Source: an uncultured Thermoleophilia bacterium
GTDB taxonomy: Bacteria; Actinomycetota; Thermoleophilia; UBA2241
Direction of reading: 5' to 3'
Assembly: GCA_963702475.1 (NCBI GenBank)
Contig: CAVPCT010000003.1
Coordinates: 448,001 to 512,000 of the forward strand
Length of the DNA: 64,000 nucleotides
Below are positions 49,887 to 60,466 of the stretch, piece after piece. The notes below the pieces were generated by a model. The model did not search any database, was not told the origin of the DNA, and saw only the letters and a list, made by a program, of their open reading frames with translations. Each line of letters begins with the position of its first letter. Within the stretch, counting starts at the first letter, position 1. The position numbers and the translations under genes were made by a program.

Positions 49887-51742
49887 ATGTCGACGATGGT
49901 TCGCACGATGCTCGCCGTCCGTTCGCCCACCACGCTGCTCATCGCACTGGTGGTGGCCACGTGCGTCACGGCTTCGCTCACTGGACAGGCAACGGCGTCG
50001 CCGTCCCCCTCGCCCGCAGGGGAGACGCTCACCTTGCGCCTCGGCTGGACCGAGAGCCCGCTCAACCTGAACCCGTTCATCGGCTACAGCAACTCGTACG
50101 AGGTCTGGCTCCTCAATTACGACACCCTCGTGGCGGTCGGCGCCGACGGTGCGCCGTCCAAAGAGACCGGCCTCGCCGAAGACTGGACGCTCTCCGCTGA
50201 TGAGAAGGAGTGGACCTTCACGATCAGAGAGGGCGTCACGTGGCAGGACGGCGAGCCGCTCACGGCGCGCGACGTCGCCTGGACGTTCAACACCATCATC
50301 GAGAACGAGCTGAGCCTCGCGGTCTATCTGAAGGACGTGGAGAAGGCGGTCGCCGTCGACGACACCACGCTCAAGGTGTACTGCAGCGCGCCCAAAGCCA
50401 ACATGCTGCTCACGCAGGTGTACATCTACATCCTGCCCGAGCACCTCTGGGGCGGGCTCAGCGTGGATGAGCTCAGCACCACCTTCCGCAACCCGGTGCC
50501 GATCGTCGGTTCCGGCCCGTTCCGGACGGTCGAGTTCAAGAAGGACGACTACGTCAAGCTGGTCCGCAACCCCTCGTACTGGGGCAGGCAGCCGACCCTG
50601 GACGAGGTCATCTTCCAGTACTACACGAACTCGGACACGATGGTGCAGGACCTCAAGAGCGGCGCCATCGACGGCGCCCAGGTCATCCCGGCCACGCAGT
50701 TCGCGCAGCTGCAGAACGAGCCGGGCATCGAGGCCATCCCGTATCCGCTCTACAACTGGGAGTACGTCGACATCAACTGCTACGACAGCCCCGACTCGCT
50801 CGGCAACCCCGTCCTGACAGACCCCGGGTTCCGCGTGGCCATGGCGTGGGCGATCGACCGCGAGAAGTGCGCAAGCCTGGCCTGGAACGGTCTCGCGGAC
50901 CCGGGTTACGGCATCTTCCCCAAGAAGGGATGGCCGGCGACTGCCGATCCGTACTACCAGCCGGAAGCGGCTGAGACGATCGGCTTCGACCTGGAGAAGG
51001 CGAAGCAGCTGATGGACGAGGCCGGTTACACGGACACCGACGGGGACGGCATCCGCAACGACCCCAGGCACGGCGACGGCGACATCGAGCTGCGACTCTG
51101 GGCGCGCGATATCTCTCCGGAGAGCCAGGTGCAGGGCAAGCTCATAGCCGGCTGGCTCCAGGACATCGGCCTGGACATCGAGTACACGGTGGTCGACGAG
51201 GGCGCGCTGGGCGACAGCATCTGGAACTACAAGGGCGACACGTACGCGCCCGACTACGACCTCGCGCTGTGGGACTTCATGGGTTACATCGACCCCGGCG
51301 ACTCCGCGGCCTGCTTCACCACCGACCAGATCGAGAACTACAACGAGATGAACTGGTCCAACGCGGAGTACGACAGGCTCACCGAGGAGCAGTACCGAGA
51401 GATGGATCCCGCTGCGCGCATGGAACTGCTCAAGCAGGGCCAGGCGGTGATGTACGCGGAGCAGCCCATGATCGTCATCGACTACCCGTCGGTGCTCCAG
51501 GCTGTGAACGTCAGTCGCTGGGAGGGCTGGCAGCCGTACGTGGGCGGCAGCGTGTGGAACAACTTCCTCGATCGGCGGAGCTACATCGAGCTCGAAGCCG
51601 AAGGTCGGCGGAGGCGCCGGCGACGGAAGGCGGCGGCTCCTCCAACGCCGTCTGGTTCATCGTCCTCGTGGGAGTCCTCCTCGGCGTGGCGCTGATCGCC
51701 TGGGTCGTGCTGCGCCGCCGCGGACGCGCTCTCGAAGAATGA
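49887..51742 (+). CDS. Family-5 ABC solute-binding protein with a C-terminal TM anchor (frameshift near 51595-51610)
   Basis: LNPF, YDTLV, LAE.W..S.D..EWTF.IREGV.W.DGEPLTA.DV, GSGPF, N..YWG. The tail AEAPATEGGGSSNAVWFIVLVGVLLGVALIAWVVLRRRGRALEE lies in another frame. Confidence 0.88.
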
Positions 51743-52566
51743 CCGCGCCCTCGCCACCGGGCGACTACCACGTGCACACCACGTGGTCGGACGGGACGGG
51801 CAGTGTCGAGGGCTGCGTCGCCCGCGCGGTCGACCTCGGCCTGCCCGAGCTTGGGATCGCCGACCACGTGTCGCCGGCGCCGCGGGCGGCTGAGGAGTGG
51901 TGGGTGCCGCTCGAGCGGCTCGGCGAGTACGTCGCCGACGTGCGCCGGGCCGCGGAGCGGCACGACGACATCGTGGTCCTGGCCGGCCTGGAGGCCGAGT
52001 TCGTCGTGGGACGCGAGGCCGGGCTGGACCTTCTGCTCGACGCGTACGCGTGGGACTACGTGGTGCTCGGCGTACACGAGGTCGACGGGTTCGTGTTCGA
52101 CGACCCCGACCTGCGCCGCGACGCGCGCTGGACGCGGCCCGACGAGCTGCTGGCCGCGTACTACCGTACGATGCGCCGCGCGGCCGAGTACGGTCGCGGC
52201 GACATCCTGGCCCACTTCGACTACATCGGGCTGTGGGGGCATGAGCCCGGGCCGGCCGTCCTGCCCGAAGTCGAGGCCGCGCTCGACGCCCTGGCGGCCT
52301 CGGGCGCGGCCCTCGAGCTGAACACCGACCGCATCAGCGACCCGGCCGGGGTCATGTACCCGTCGCGCGACATCCTCACCATGGCTCGCGAGCGCGGCAT
52401 CCCGCTCGTGATCGACTCGGACGCCCACGAGGCGGAGCACGTCGGCAGGCTCTGGGACGAGGCCATCAAGCACGCCCTGGCGGCCGGGTACCGCTCCACG
52501 CTGCGCATGTCGGACCGCGCACTCGTGCCGCTGCCCGCGTCGCCCCCCGAATGTGACGGCCCGTGA
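51739..52566 (+). CDS. PHP-family phosphatase (histidinol-phosphatase-like)
   Basis: DYHVHT.WSDG, IADH, GLEAE, GVH, LAHFD, ELNT, DSDAH. Confidence 0.85.
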   Translation: MTAPSPPGDYHVHTTWSDGTGSVEGCVARAVDLGLPELGIADHVSPAPRAAEEWWVPLERLGEYVADVRRAAERHDDIVVLAGLEAEFVVGREAGLDLLLDAYAWDYVVLGVHEVDGFVFDDPDLRRDARWTRPDELLAAYYRTMRRAAEYGRGDILAHFDYIGLWGHEPGPAVLPEVEAALDALAASGAALELNTDRISDPAGVMYPSRDILTMARERGIPLVIDSDAHEAEHVGRLWDEAIKHALAAGYRSTLRMSDRALVPLPASPPECDGP

Positions 52567-53762
52567 CCGGCGACGCGGGAGTGCCGGCTCTGCGCCGACC
52601 CGTTGCGGCGCGCCTGTCGGAGGCGGTGTACGGCGATCACGCGTCCACGCGCTGGTTCATGCAGCACGTGCGCGAGGTCGTGCCGACGTCGAGGGTGTCG
52701 TCCGGGCGCGGCCCGTTGTGGGAGCTGCCGCGCGCCCCCCGCGAGCTCGACGGCGCGGTCGTGCGAGGGGGCGACGGCCGCTCTTGGACGTTGCGCGAGA
52801 TGCTCGCGGCCACGCACACCGACGCCGTGCTGGTGCTCAGGCGCGGTGAGGTCATCTACGAGCGGTACTTCGGGTCCATGACCGAGGATACGCAGCACCT
52901 CTACCAGTCTGTGTCGAAGTCGGTGGGCGCGTGCGTCGCGGCCCGCCTCATCGAGCGCGGGGTCCTCACCGCCGAGACGCCGCTCACCGCTGTCGTCCCG
53001 GAGCTGGCCGGCAGCGGGTACGACGGGGCCACGGTGCGTGATCTCCTCGACATGCAGGTCGGCGTGCGTTTCAGCGAGGACTACGAGGACGATGGCGCGG
53101 AGATCGCACGCCTCGACCGGCTGTACGGGTTCAGGCCCCGGCGCTCGGACGACGAGCCGGGGTCCTCCTACCGGTTCGCCACCGAGACTGCCCGCGAGGG
53201 CGCGCACGGGCGCGTGTTCCACTACGTTTCTCTCGACCTGCAGGTGCTGGGCTGGGTCATGGAGTGCGCGACCGGCCGGAGCGTGCCGGAGCTGATCGCG
53301 GACGAGGTGTGGTCCGGACTGGGCGCCGAGCACCCCGCGTACGTCGCGCTGGATGCCGCCGGCGCCACCCAGCTCGAGGGCGGGTTCTGCTCGAGCCTGC
53401 GCGACCTCGGCCGTTTCGGGCTGATGCTGTCCCTGGGGGGCGAGGGTCGCGCCGGGCGGGTGCTGCCCGAGGCGTTCATCGCCGACTGCGAGCAGCACGC
53501 CGACCGTGAGGCCTTCAGGCTGTCCGGTCTGGCCGATGGGACCTACGAAGCCGAGCAGGGGTACCGCAGCAACTTCTGGACGGCGGCCTTCGAGGGCCGC
53601 ACCGTGCTGATGGGCCTCGGGATCTTCGGTCAGTTCCTGTACGTCGACCGCACCGCCGGCTTCGTGTTGGCCAAGTTCTCGACCTGGCCGAGCTTCTCGG
53701 ACGACCTGCTCTCCGCGCATCACTTCTGGGCGGCGCGGTCGCTCGCCGGTCTGCTCACCTGA
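52563..53762 (+). CDS. Beta-lactamase-fold serine hydrolase (NylB/6-aminohexanoate-dimer hydrolase-like)
   Basis: SVSKS (SxxK), GATVRDLLDM..G, FHY.S, RDLGRFG, G.GIFGQ.LYVD. Confidence 0.82.
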   Translation: MTGDAGVPALRRPVAARLSEAVYGDHASTRWFMQHVREVVPTSRVSSGRGPLWELPRAPRELDGAVVRGGDGRSWTLREMLAATHTDAVLVLRRGEVIYERYFGSMTEDTQHLYQSVSKSVGACVAARLIERGVLTAETPLTAVVPELAGSGYDGATVRDLLDMQVGVRFSEDYEDDGAEIARLDRLYGFRPRRSDDEPGSSYRFATETAREGAHGRVFHYVSLDLQVLGWVMECATGRSVPELIADEVWSGLGAEHPAYVALDAAGATQLEGGFCSSLRDLGRFGLMLSLGGEGRAGRVLPEAFIADCEQHADREAFRLSGLADGTYEAEQGYRSNFWTAAFEGRTVLMGLGIFGQFLYVDRTAGFVLAKFSTWPSFSDDLLSAHHFWAARSLAGLLT

Positions 53763-53851
53763 GGCGGTCGCCGGGCGGGCGCCCGGGCCATTGCGGGCCG
53801 TTGTATGGTGGGCGAAGGCGTGCTCTTCGGCCTTCGACGGCGAGGTGGACC

Positions 53852-55291
53852 ATGGAGATGTGCAGCAACCTGATCGGCGGCGAGTGGGTGGCCGCGTCCG
53901 ACCACGCGACGTTCGAGTCACGGGACCCGGCGCACGCCGACGACGTGCTGGCGGTGTTCCCGAGCGCCACGGCCGCCGATGCGGCCCAGGCCGTGGCCGC
54001 GGCGGCCGAGGCCTTCCCGGCGTGGGCGGCGACGCCGGCGCCGGCGCGGGGCGCGATCCTCTTTCGCGCCGCCGAGCTCCTGACCGAGCGGCTCGACGAT
54101 GTCGCGCGCACGCTCACGCGCGAGGAGGGCAAGACGCTCGCGGAGTCACGCGGCGAAGTGACTCGCGCCCGCGACATCCTGCGGTACTACGGCGGGGAGG
54201 GCTGGCGCGCCGGCGGCGACGTGCTCCCGGCCACTACGCCACACGCCATGCTGTTCAGCCGACGCGAGCCCCTCGGCGTGGTCGCGGTCATCACCCCGTG
54301 GAACTTCCCGATCGCCATCCCCGCCTGGAAGATCGCGCCTGCGCTCGCTTACGGAGACACCGTCGTGTTCAAGCCGGCGTCGGCGACGCCACTCACGGCG
54401 CTGCGGCTCGTGGAGTGCCTCGTGGAGGCAGGGCTGCCCGCCGGTGTGCTCAACCTCATCGCCGGATCCGGGTCCACGGTGGGTGCGGCTGTGGCCGGCG
54501 ACGCGGTCGTGCGAGGCCTGACCTTCACCGGCTCGCACGCCACCGGCGCCGGCCTCTACGCGCGCGCGGCCGAGAACTTCGCCCGCGTCCAGCTCGAGAT
54601 GGGCGGCAAGAACCCGACCGTCGTGCTCGGCGACGCCGACCTCGACCTCGCCGTCCGCCTCGTGACGGCGGGCGGGTTCGGCCTCACAGGGCAGAGTTGC
54701 ACGGCGACCAGTCGCGTGATCGTGGAGGAGAGCGTCGCCGACCGCTTCGCCGCCGCGCTCGCCGAGGCCGCCCGTGAGCTCACCGTCGGCGACGGCCTCG
54801 ACGACGGCGTGCAGATGGGGCCCGCGGTGAGCGAGGAGCAGCTGGCCGTCGACCTGGAGTACGTGCAGATCGCCCGTGACGAGGGCGCGGAACTGCTCGC
54901 CGGCGGCGGGCGCGCGCCCGGCGACGGGCACTTCGTGCAGCCCACGGTGTTCGACCACATGGACGTCCGCAGCCGCCTCGCTCAGGAGGAGGTCTTCGGC
55001 CCCCTGGTCGGCATCGTGCGGGCGCGCGACCTCGACGACGCCATCTTCAAGGCCAACGCTATCGGGTACGGACTGGCCGCAAGCGTCGTCACCAACGACC
55101 TGCACCGCGCCCTCTCGTTCGTCGACCGGATCGAAGCCGGCGTCGTCAAGGTGAACGAGCCGACCACGGGACTGGCCCTGCAGGCGCCTTTCGGCGGCTT
55201 CAAGCAGTCCAGCGCCAACACCTTCAAGGAGCAGGGCCCGGCCGCGGTGGAGTTCTACACGCGGACGAAGACGGTGTATGTGACGTATTGA
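53852..55291 (+). CDS. Aldehyde dehydrogenase
   Basis: ITPWNFP, FKPA, FTGS, LEMGGKN, GQSCTATSR, EEVFGP, PFGG.K. Confidence 0.94.
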   Translation: MEMCSNLIGGEWVAASDHATFESRDPAHADDVLAVFPSATAADAAQAVAAAAEAFPAWAATPAPARGAILFRAAELLTERLDDVARTLTREEGKTLAESRGEVTRARDILRYYGGEGWRAGGDVLPATTPHAMLFSRREPLGVVAVITPWNFPIAIPAWKIAPALAYGDTVVFKPASATPLTALRLVECLVEAGLPAGVLNLIAGSGSTVGAAVAGDAVVRGLTFTGSHATGAGLYARAAENFARVQLEMGGKNPTVVLGDADLDLAVRLVTAGGFGLTGQSCTATSRVIVEESVADRFAAALAEAARELTVGDGLDDGVQMGPAVSEEQLAVDLEYVQIARDEGAELLAGGGRAPGDGHFVQPTVFDHMDVRSRLAQEEVFGPLVGIVRARDLDDAIFKANAIGYGLAASVVTNDLHRALSFVDRIEAGVVKVNEPTTGLALQAPFGGFKQSSANTFKEQGPAAVEFYTRTKTVYVTY

Positions 55292-55353
55292 GCGTGTGCT
55301 GCGCCGAGCGTGGGCGTGTCGCACTCCGCTCTCCTGGGGAGTATTGTTTTCTC

Positions 55354-55575
55354 ATGACTCCGGACGTCGAGAGGACCTACACGCTCGTGGTCAGAGGTCC
55401 GGCACAGGACCTGCTGTACGAGCACTTCTCGCGGCTGTTCAACGGTCACGTCGGCGTGACCGTCGTGCGCGACAGGCGCCACGACCAGCGGCGTCGCGGA
55501 GCCGACGCCGTGCCGCGTGATCGGCGCCTGTACGAGCGGCGCCGCGAGCGCCCCTGGCTCGTTCCGCCTGATTGA
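55354..55575 (+). CDS. Small Arg-rich protein with tandem DRR..(E/Q)RR motifs
   Basis: VVRDRRHDQRR...RDRRLYERRR; TATTGT lies 6 nt before the ATG; high GC3. Confidence 0.6.
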   Translation: MTPDVERTYTLVVRGPAQDLLYEHFSRLFNGHVGVTVVRDRRHDQRRRGADAVPRDRRLYERRRERPWLVPPD

Positions 55576-55583
55576 CCTGCGCA

Positions 55584-55632
55584 GGCGGGTTGAAGAGCGG
55601 TGGGCCGCAGGCGCACCGCTCAGTGAACGGCG
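55584..55632 (+). repeat. REP-like palindromic element, copy B
   Basis: GGCGGGTTGAAGAGCGGTGGGCCGCAGGCGCACCGCTCAGTGAACGGCG. Confidence 0.6.
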
Positions 55633-55795
55633 CAGCCTGGCCACCGAGCGGCCGGCGCTGCTCCGCCGACGGCCGGCCCGGTCGTCGTGACGACCGTCCG
55701 GTCTCCTGCCCGAATACTTGCGCGATTGCGTTGCGCTTCACATATACTGTGCGGACGTTCGGCCCGGCAGTCCAATCGTCCCGGAGGTTTTCAAC

Positions 55796-56614
55796 ATGTT
55801 CTTGATGGGTGAGTCGATCAACGGTACGCGCAAGCAGGTCGCCGAGGCGATCCAGTCGCGTGACGCCGCGTTCATCAAGCAGCTCGCCACGGACCAGGTC
55901 GAGGCCGGCGCGTCGGTGCTCGACGTCAACGGCGGCGTCGCCGGCGGCGACGAGATCGCCGACATGACGTGGCTCATCGACACCGTCATGGAAGTCACCG
56001 ACATGCAGCTCATGGTCGACTCGGCGAGCGCCTCTGTGCTCGAGCACGGCGTCAAGCTGATCATCGACAAGGGCGGCAAGGTCCCGTTCATCAACTCCAT
56101 CTCCGGTGAGCAGGCGCGCATCGACGCGGCCATGCCGCTCGTCGAGAAGTACAAGACCCCGGTCCTCGCCCTGTGCCTCAGCGAGGACGGCATCCCGCCG
56201 ACCGCCGCGGACCGTTTCGCCGTCGCCAAGTCGCTGCACGACATGTGCACCGCCGCCGGCCTGCCGGCCGAGGACATCTGGGTCGACCCGCTGGTGCTCA
56301 CCGTGTCGGCCGACAGCCAGGCTGCCGTGGTCACCATGGAGACCCTCAAGATGGTCAAGGAGCAGCTCCCGGTGCGCACCACCGGCGGCCTCAGCAACGT
56401 GAGCTTCGGCCTGCCGAACCGCCCGCTCCTCAACCGCACCATGGTCGCCATGTGCGCCGGCCTCGGCATCGACGGCGCCATCCTCGACGTGCGCAACAAG
56501 GCCATGATGGCCACGATCAAGGCTATCGAGGCGCTGCGCGGCGACGACCAGTTCTGCGGCAACTACCTCATGGCGCACCGCTCCGGCCTGCTTGACGCGC
56601 AGAGCGCCGGCTGA
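55796..56614 (+). CDS. Methyltetrahydrofolate:corrinoid methyltransferase (AcsE/MtgA-like pterin-binding protein)
   Basis: GESING, Q.EAGA..LDVN, VDS, INSISGE, DPLV, GLSNVSFGLP.R.LLN, G.D.AI.D; GGAGG RBS. Confidence 0.88.
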   Translation: MFLMGESINGTRKQVAEAIQSRDAAFIKQLATDQVEAGASVLDVNGGVAGGDEIADMTWLIDTVMEVTDMQLMVDSASASVLEHGVKLIIDKGGKVPFINSISGEQARIDAAMPLVEKYKTPVLALCLSEDGIPPTAADRFAVAKSLHDMCTAAGLPAEDIWVDPLVLTVSADSQAAVVTMETLKMVKEQLPVRTTGGLSNVSFGLPNRPLLNRTMVAMCAGLGIDGAILDVRNKAMMATIKAIEALRGDDQFCGNYLMAHRSGLLDAQSAG

Positions 56615-56621
56615 GAACAGC

Positions 56622-57725
56622 GTGATCGAGCCGGGCCGTTCGCGTGCCCGTGAGTTGGGCATCGCGGTGGGTACCCTGCCCGCCGGCCCTCTGAACGCCA
56701 TCACCGACGTGCCCGGCGTGGCCGTCGGTCACTGTACCGTCTCGTGGGGCGGGCCCGATCTGCCACCTGGCAGCGGGCCCGCCCGCACGGGCGTCACCGC
56801 CGTCCTTCCCCACACCGGCGACGTGTGGCACGAACGTGTCGTCGCCGGCGCCTACGTCGCCAACGGTGTCGGCGAGCTCGTCGGCATCAGCGCTATCCGT
56901 GAGTGGGGCCTCCTCGAGACGCCGGTCCTCCTCACCAACTCGCAGAGCGTAGGAGCCGTGTACGACGCCGCGGTGCGCTGGATGATGGACCGCGATCCGC
57001 GCGTGGGCATCGAAGACGCGGCCATGCCCGTGGTCGGTGAGTGCGACGACGGCTTCCTGAACGACCAGCGCGGCATGCACGTGCACGAAGAGCACGTCCG
57101 CGCCGCGCTTGACTCCGCCGCCGCCGGCCCCGTGGCCGAAGGCTGCATCGGGGCCGGTACCGGCATGTCCTGCTACGACTTCAAAGGCGGCATCGGCACG
57201 TCGTCACGGGCCGTCTCGGCCCACGGCCTTCCCTTCACCGTCGGCGTGCTGGCGCTGACCAACTTCGGCGATCGTGCCCGTCTCACCGTGGACGGCTGCG
57301 CCGTGGGCCGCCTCATCACGGACCTCCTGCCCGTCGAACACCGGGAGGGCTCCTGCATCGTGGTCCTCGCCACCGACGCTCCCCTCACCGCGCGTCAGTG
57401 CGAGCGGCTTGCCAAGCGCTGCTCTCTCGGCCTGGCTGCCACGGGCTCCATAGCATCCGACGGCAGTGGGGAGATCATGCTGGCCTTCAGCACGGCGCAC
57501 CGCGTTCCGCGGACGTCGGCCGAGCCCCTCCGCTTCACCGCCGTGACCAACGACCACCTGTGGGAGCTGTTCGCGGCGGCGGTCGACGCCACGGCCGAGA
57601 GCGTGCTCAACTCGCTCTGCGCGGCGCGCACCACGGTCGGCCGCGGCGGCAACACGGTCCACGAGCTGCCGCTCGACCGCCTCACCGGCGCCCTGCGCGC
57701 CGCCGGTCGCACGCTGACGGTCTGA
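56622..57725 (+). CDS. DmpA/P1 (S58) family aminopeptidase/amidase
   Basis: G.LNAITDVPGV.VGH, RTGVT, NG.G, PVVGECDD..LND, GAGTGM..FKGGIGTSSR, G|S autocleavage site EGSCIVV.ATDAP. Confidence 0.9.
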   Translation: MIEPGRSRARELGIAVGTLPAGPLNAITDVPGVAVGHCTVSWGGPDLPPGSGPARTGVTAVLPHTGDVWHERVVAGAYVANGVGELVGISAIREWGLLETPVLLTNSQSVGAVYDAAVRWMMDRDPRVGIEDAAMPVVGECDDGFLNDQRGMHVHEEHVRAALDSAAAGPVAEGCIGAGTGMSCYDFKGGIGTSSRAVSAHGLPFTVGVLALTNFGDRARLTVDGCAVGRLITDLLPVEHREGSCIVVLATDAPLTARQCERLAKRCSLGLAATGSIASDGSGEIMLAFSTAHRVPRTSAEPLRFTAVTNDHLWELFAAAVDATAESVLNSLCAARTTVGRGGNTVHELPLDRLTGALRAAGRTLTV

Positions 57726-57950
57726 ACGGCCCCGTCCGGCGCGGGTGTCGGCGGCGCGGGCGGGCCACTCTGTCGGGAGTGCACCTGCGGGTTGGTCTCC
57801 CGCGTCGTGCGGTCCCGCTTGCCCGGCCGCGCCCCGGAAGACTATTCTGGCGGCGGCCCACGTCAGCAGGCCTGGTCGTGGTACGGCGTGCGTGAGAGGG
57901 AGGTGAGGGTTCGCCGCTCGGGGCTTCGAGCGCGGCGATCCCGGCTCGCA

Positions 57951-58919
57951 GTGGACAAACGGCGCTACTTCGTTCGCAAGATCATCAACGCCGTCCTCAC
58001 CATCGTGCTCGTGGCGTCGTTCAACTTCGCGCTCTTCCGCATCCTCCCGGGCGACCCGGCCCGCCTCCTGCTGCCCAAAGGTAAACAGGACCCCTCGGCC
58101 ATCGAGAAGCAGCGCAAGACCTTCAACCTGGACAAGCCCATGTGGCAGCAGTTCGCTCTCTACTGGGGCGACACGCTGCAGGGCAGGTTCGGCATGTCGT
58201 TCTCGGAGAAACGGCCGGTCTCCGAGGTCGTGCTGGAGCGCATCTGGCCAACGGTGCTGCTGGTCGGCGTCGGCACCCTCTTCGCCACGGTCATAGGCAT
58301 GATCACGGGCGTGTTCGCGGGGTGGCGACGAAACGGGGTCTATGACGTTGTATCGACGAACACAGGCATGGTGCTGTACGCCATGCCGACGTTCTGGTTC
58401 GGCCTGCTCATGATCATGCTGTTCGCGACCAGGCTGCGATGGTTCCCGACCGGCCGCATGGAAGAGCCGGGGGTCGTGCTGAGCGGCTGGGCCGCGTTCC
58501 AGTCGCTCGCCAGACACCTGTTCCTGCCCGCGTTCACCTTCGCCATCGCGTATGTGGGCGAGTACCACCTCATCATGCGCAGTTCCATCACCGGCGTGAT
58601 GAAGGAGGACTTCGCCCTCACCGCGCGGGCCAAGGGCCTCAGTGAGAACGCGGTGCTGTGGCGCCACGTGGTGCCGAACGCCATGCTGCCCACGGTCACC
58701 ATCGTGATGATGAACCTGGGCTTCATCATGTCCGGCGCCATCCTGGCCGAGAGCGTCTTCAACTGGCCCGGGCTGGGCCTGCTCTCCTACGAGGCCATGC
58801 AGAACCGCGACTATCCGGTGATGCAGGCCGTGTTCCTCATCGCGAGTATCGCCGTGATCATCGCCAACCTCATCGCCGACATCATGTACTACTACCTCGA
58901 CCCGCGGGTGCGCGCGTGA
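57951..58919 (+). CDS. Oligopeptide-type ABC permease (OppB/DppB)
   Basis: PGDPA, LDKP...QF..Y, G.FG.S, MPTFW, TARAKGL, H...NAMLP, E.VFNWPGLG, RDYP. Confidence 0.93.
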   Translation: MDKRRYFVRKIINAVLTIVLVASFNFALFRILPGDPARLLLPKGKQDPSAIEKQRKTFNLDKPMWQQFALYWGDTLQGRFGMSFSEKRPVSEVVLERIWPTVLLVGVGTLFATVIGMITGVFAGWRRNGVYDVVSTNTGMVLYAMPTFWFGLLMIMLFATRLRWFPTGRMEEPGVVLSGWAAFQSLARHLFLPAFTFAIAYVGEYHLIMRSSITGVMKEDFALTARAKGLSENAVLWRHVVPNAMLPTVTIVMMNLGFIMSGAILAESVFNWPGLGLLSYEAMQNRDYPVMQAVFLIASIAVIIANLIADIMYYYLDPRVRA

Positions 58920-60466
58920 ACACACTCGTCCCCCGTCGCTACAGGAACTGGGTGCTGTTCTGGACTCCGGTCGTCTGGATGACCCTCGAGCTGGTCATGT
59001 ACCCCAAAGACCTGTGGTGGTCGGCCGGCGCCGCGGCCATGCTCAAGGGCTTCTTCTCGCAGAGCGTGGGGGCGTATCCCGCCTGGGTCATGGTCCTCGC
59101 GGCCGTCGTCACCGTCGGACTCGGCGTTTGGGGGCGCGTGCGCAGGTCCAAGGCCGCGGGCTTCGACTACGTGCTCCTCGCCATGGGCGTCGTGTTCGTC
59201 GCGTGGGCGTACTTCGCCGGTCGCGGTGAGTCCGGCTGGTCGGCCGGCGCCAACGAGCTCGCCTACAACTGGGTGCTGCAGACGGTGGAGGTCGTCCTCG
59301 GCGGCGCGGCGGCGTACTTGTGGGCCGCCGGCAATCCGGAGCGGGCCGAACTGCTGGTCTGGAACACGCACCAGGTCTGGAAGCTCTACCGCGCCAACTG
59401 GCAGGGCATGGTGGGTCTCGGTATCCTCATCGCCTTCATCGGCATGGCGCTGTTCGCGCCGTTTCTCATCGACCACGGCCTGCTCGACCCCAACGCGCAG
59501 ATCAGCGATCCGGCCACCGGCGAGCTCTTCGGCGCGTTCCACCCGCCCACCTGGTACTGGCCGAACCTGTTCGGCACCGACCAGGTGGGGCAGTCGGTCC
59601 TCGCGCAGTTCATCTGGAGCGCCCGCATCTCGCTCATGGTCGGCCTGCTGGCCGCGCTCATGTCCACCGTGGTCGGCGCCGGCATCGGCATCGCCGCCGG
59701 CTACTACGGCGGCTGGCAGGGCGAGGTGTGGATGCGCATCACCGACGCGTTCCTCGTCATCCCGTGGCTGCCGCTGGCCATGGTGCTCGCGGCGGCCTGG
59801 GGCCAGAACTACTGGATGATCATCCTCATCATCGGCATCACCAGCTGGCCCGGAACCGCCCGCGTCGTACGCGCCGACACGCTGCGCGTGCGCGAGCTGC
59901 AGTTCATCGAACGGGCCAAGGCCATCGGGTCCACCGGCGCCCACGTGATGGCGAAGCACATCCTGCCCAACGTGATGCCCCTGATCTTCGCCAACCTGGT
60001 GCTCGTGGTGGCCATCGCCATCCTGTCGGAGACCACCCTGGCGTTCCTCGGTCTTGGCGACCCGCTCAACTACAGCTGGGGCACCATGCTGCACTACGCC
60101 TGGATCAGCGGCGCGGCCGGCCTGCCTGCCTGGTGGTACCTGCTCCCGCCGGGCATCGCGATCGTCCTCGTGGTGCTGGCCTTCACCTTCATCGGCACGG
60201 CCTACGACGAGGTGCTCGATCCCAAGCTGCGCAAGCGCGAGGAGAGCCCCGCCGGGGGCCGCATCACCGCGCGTGAGCCCGCGGTGGCCGTCGCCGGCGC
60301 CGCCGGCGTGGGCGGCGGGGCCGGCTTGTTCACGCCCGGCGTACAGACCGACGATGCCATGCCCGACTTCGACAAGCCGGCCGGCGGCAGCATCGGCCGG
60401 CCAGAGGGCGGCGGCTGGGTCGGGGGTCACATCAGGGACGACGACCTCGAAGAGGAAGAGCCGTGA
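58916..60466 (+). CDS. Oligopeptide-type ABC permease (OppC/DppC) with an extra N-terminal membrane domain
   Basis: FGTD.VG, ARISL.VG, MR.TD.FL.IP, ARVVR, AKAIG, HILPNV, LAFLGLG, SWG.ML, WW...PPG. Confidence 0.9.
   Translation: MNTLVPRRYRNWVLFWTPVVWMTLELVMYPKDLWWSAGAAAMLKGFFSQSVGAYPAWVMVLAAVVTVGLGVWGRVRRSKAAGFDYVLLAMGVVFVAWAYFAGRGESGWSAGANELAYNWVLQTVEVVLGGAAAYLWAAGNPERAELLVWNTHQVWKLYRANWQGMVGLGILIAFIGMALFAPFLIDHGLLDPNAQISDPATGELFGAFHPPTWYWPNLFGTDQVGQSVLAQFIWSARISLMVGLLAALMSTVVGAGIGIAAGYYGGWQGEVWMRITDAFLVIPWLPLAMVLAAAWGQNYWMIILIIGITSWPGTARVVRADTLRVRELQFIERAKAIGSTGAHVMAKHILPNVMPLIFANLVLVVAIAILSETTLAFLGLGDPLNYSWGTMLHYAWISGAAGLPAWWYLLPPGIAIVLVVLAFTFIGTAYDEVLDPKLRKREESPAGGRITAREPAVAVAGAAGVGGGAGLFTPGVQTDDAMPDFDKPAGGSIGRPEGGGWVGGHIRDDDLEEEEP

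Noticed and set aside
52563-53762. Antibiotic-resistance beta-lactamase
   Set aside because: No signal peptide; motifs and catabolic context fit a cytoplasmic NylB-like amidase/esterase
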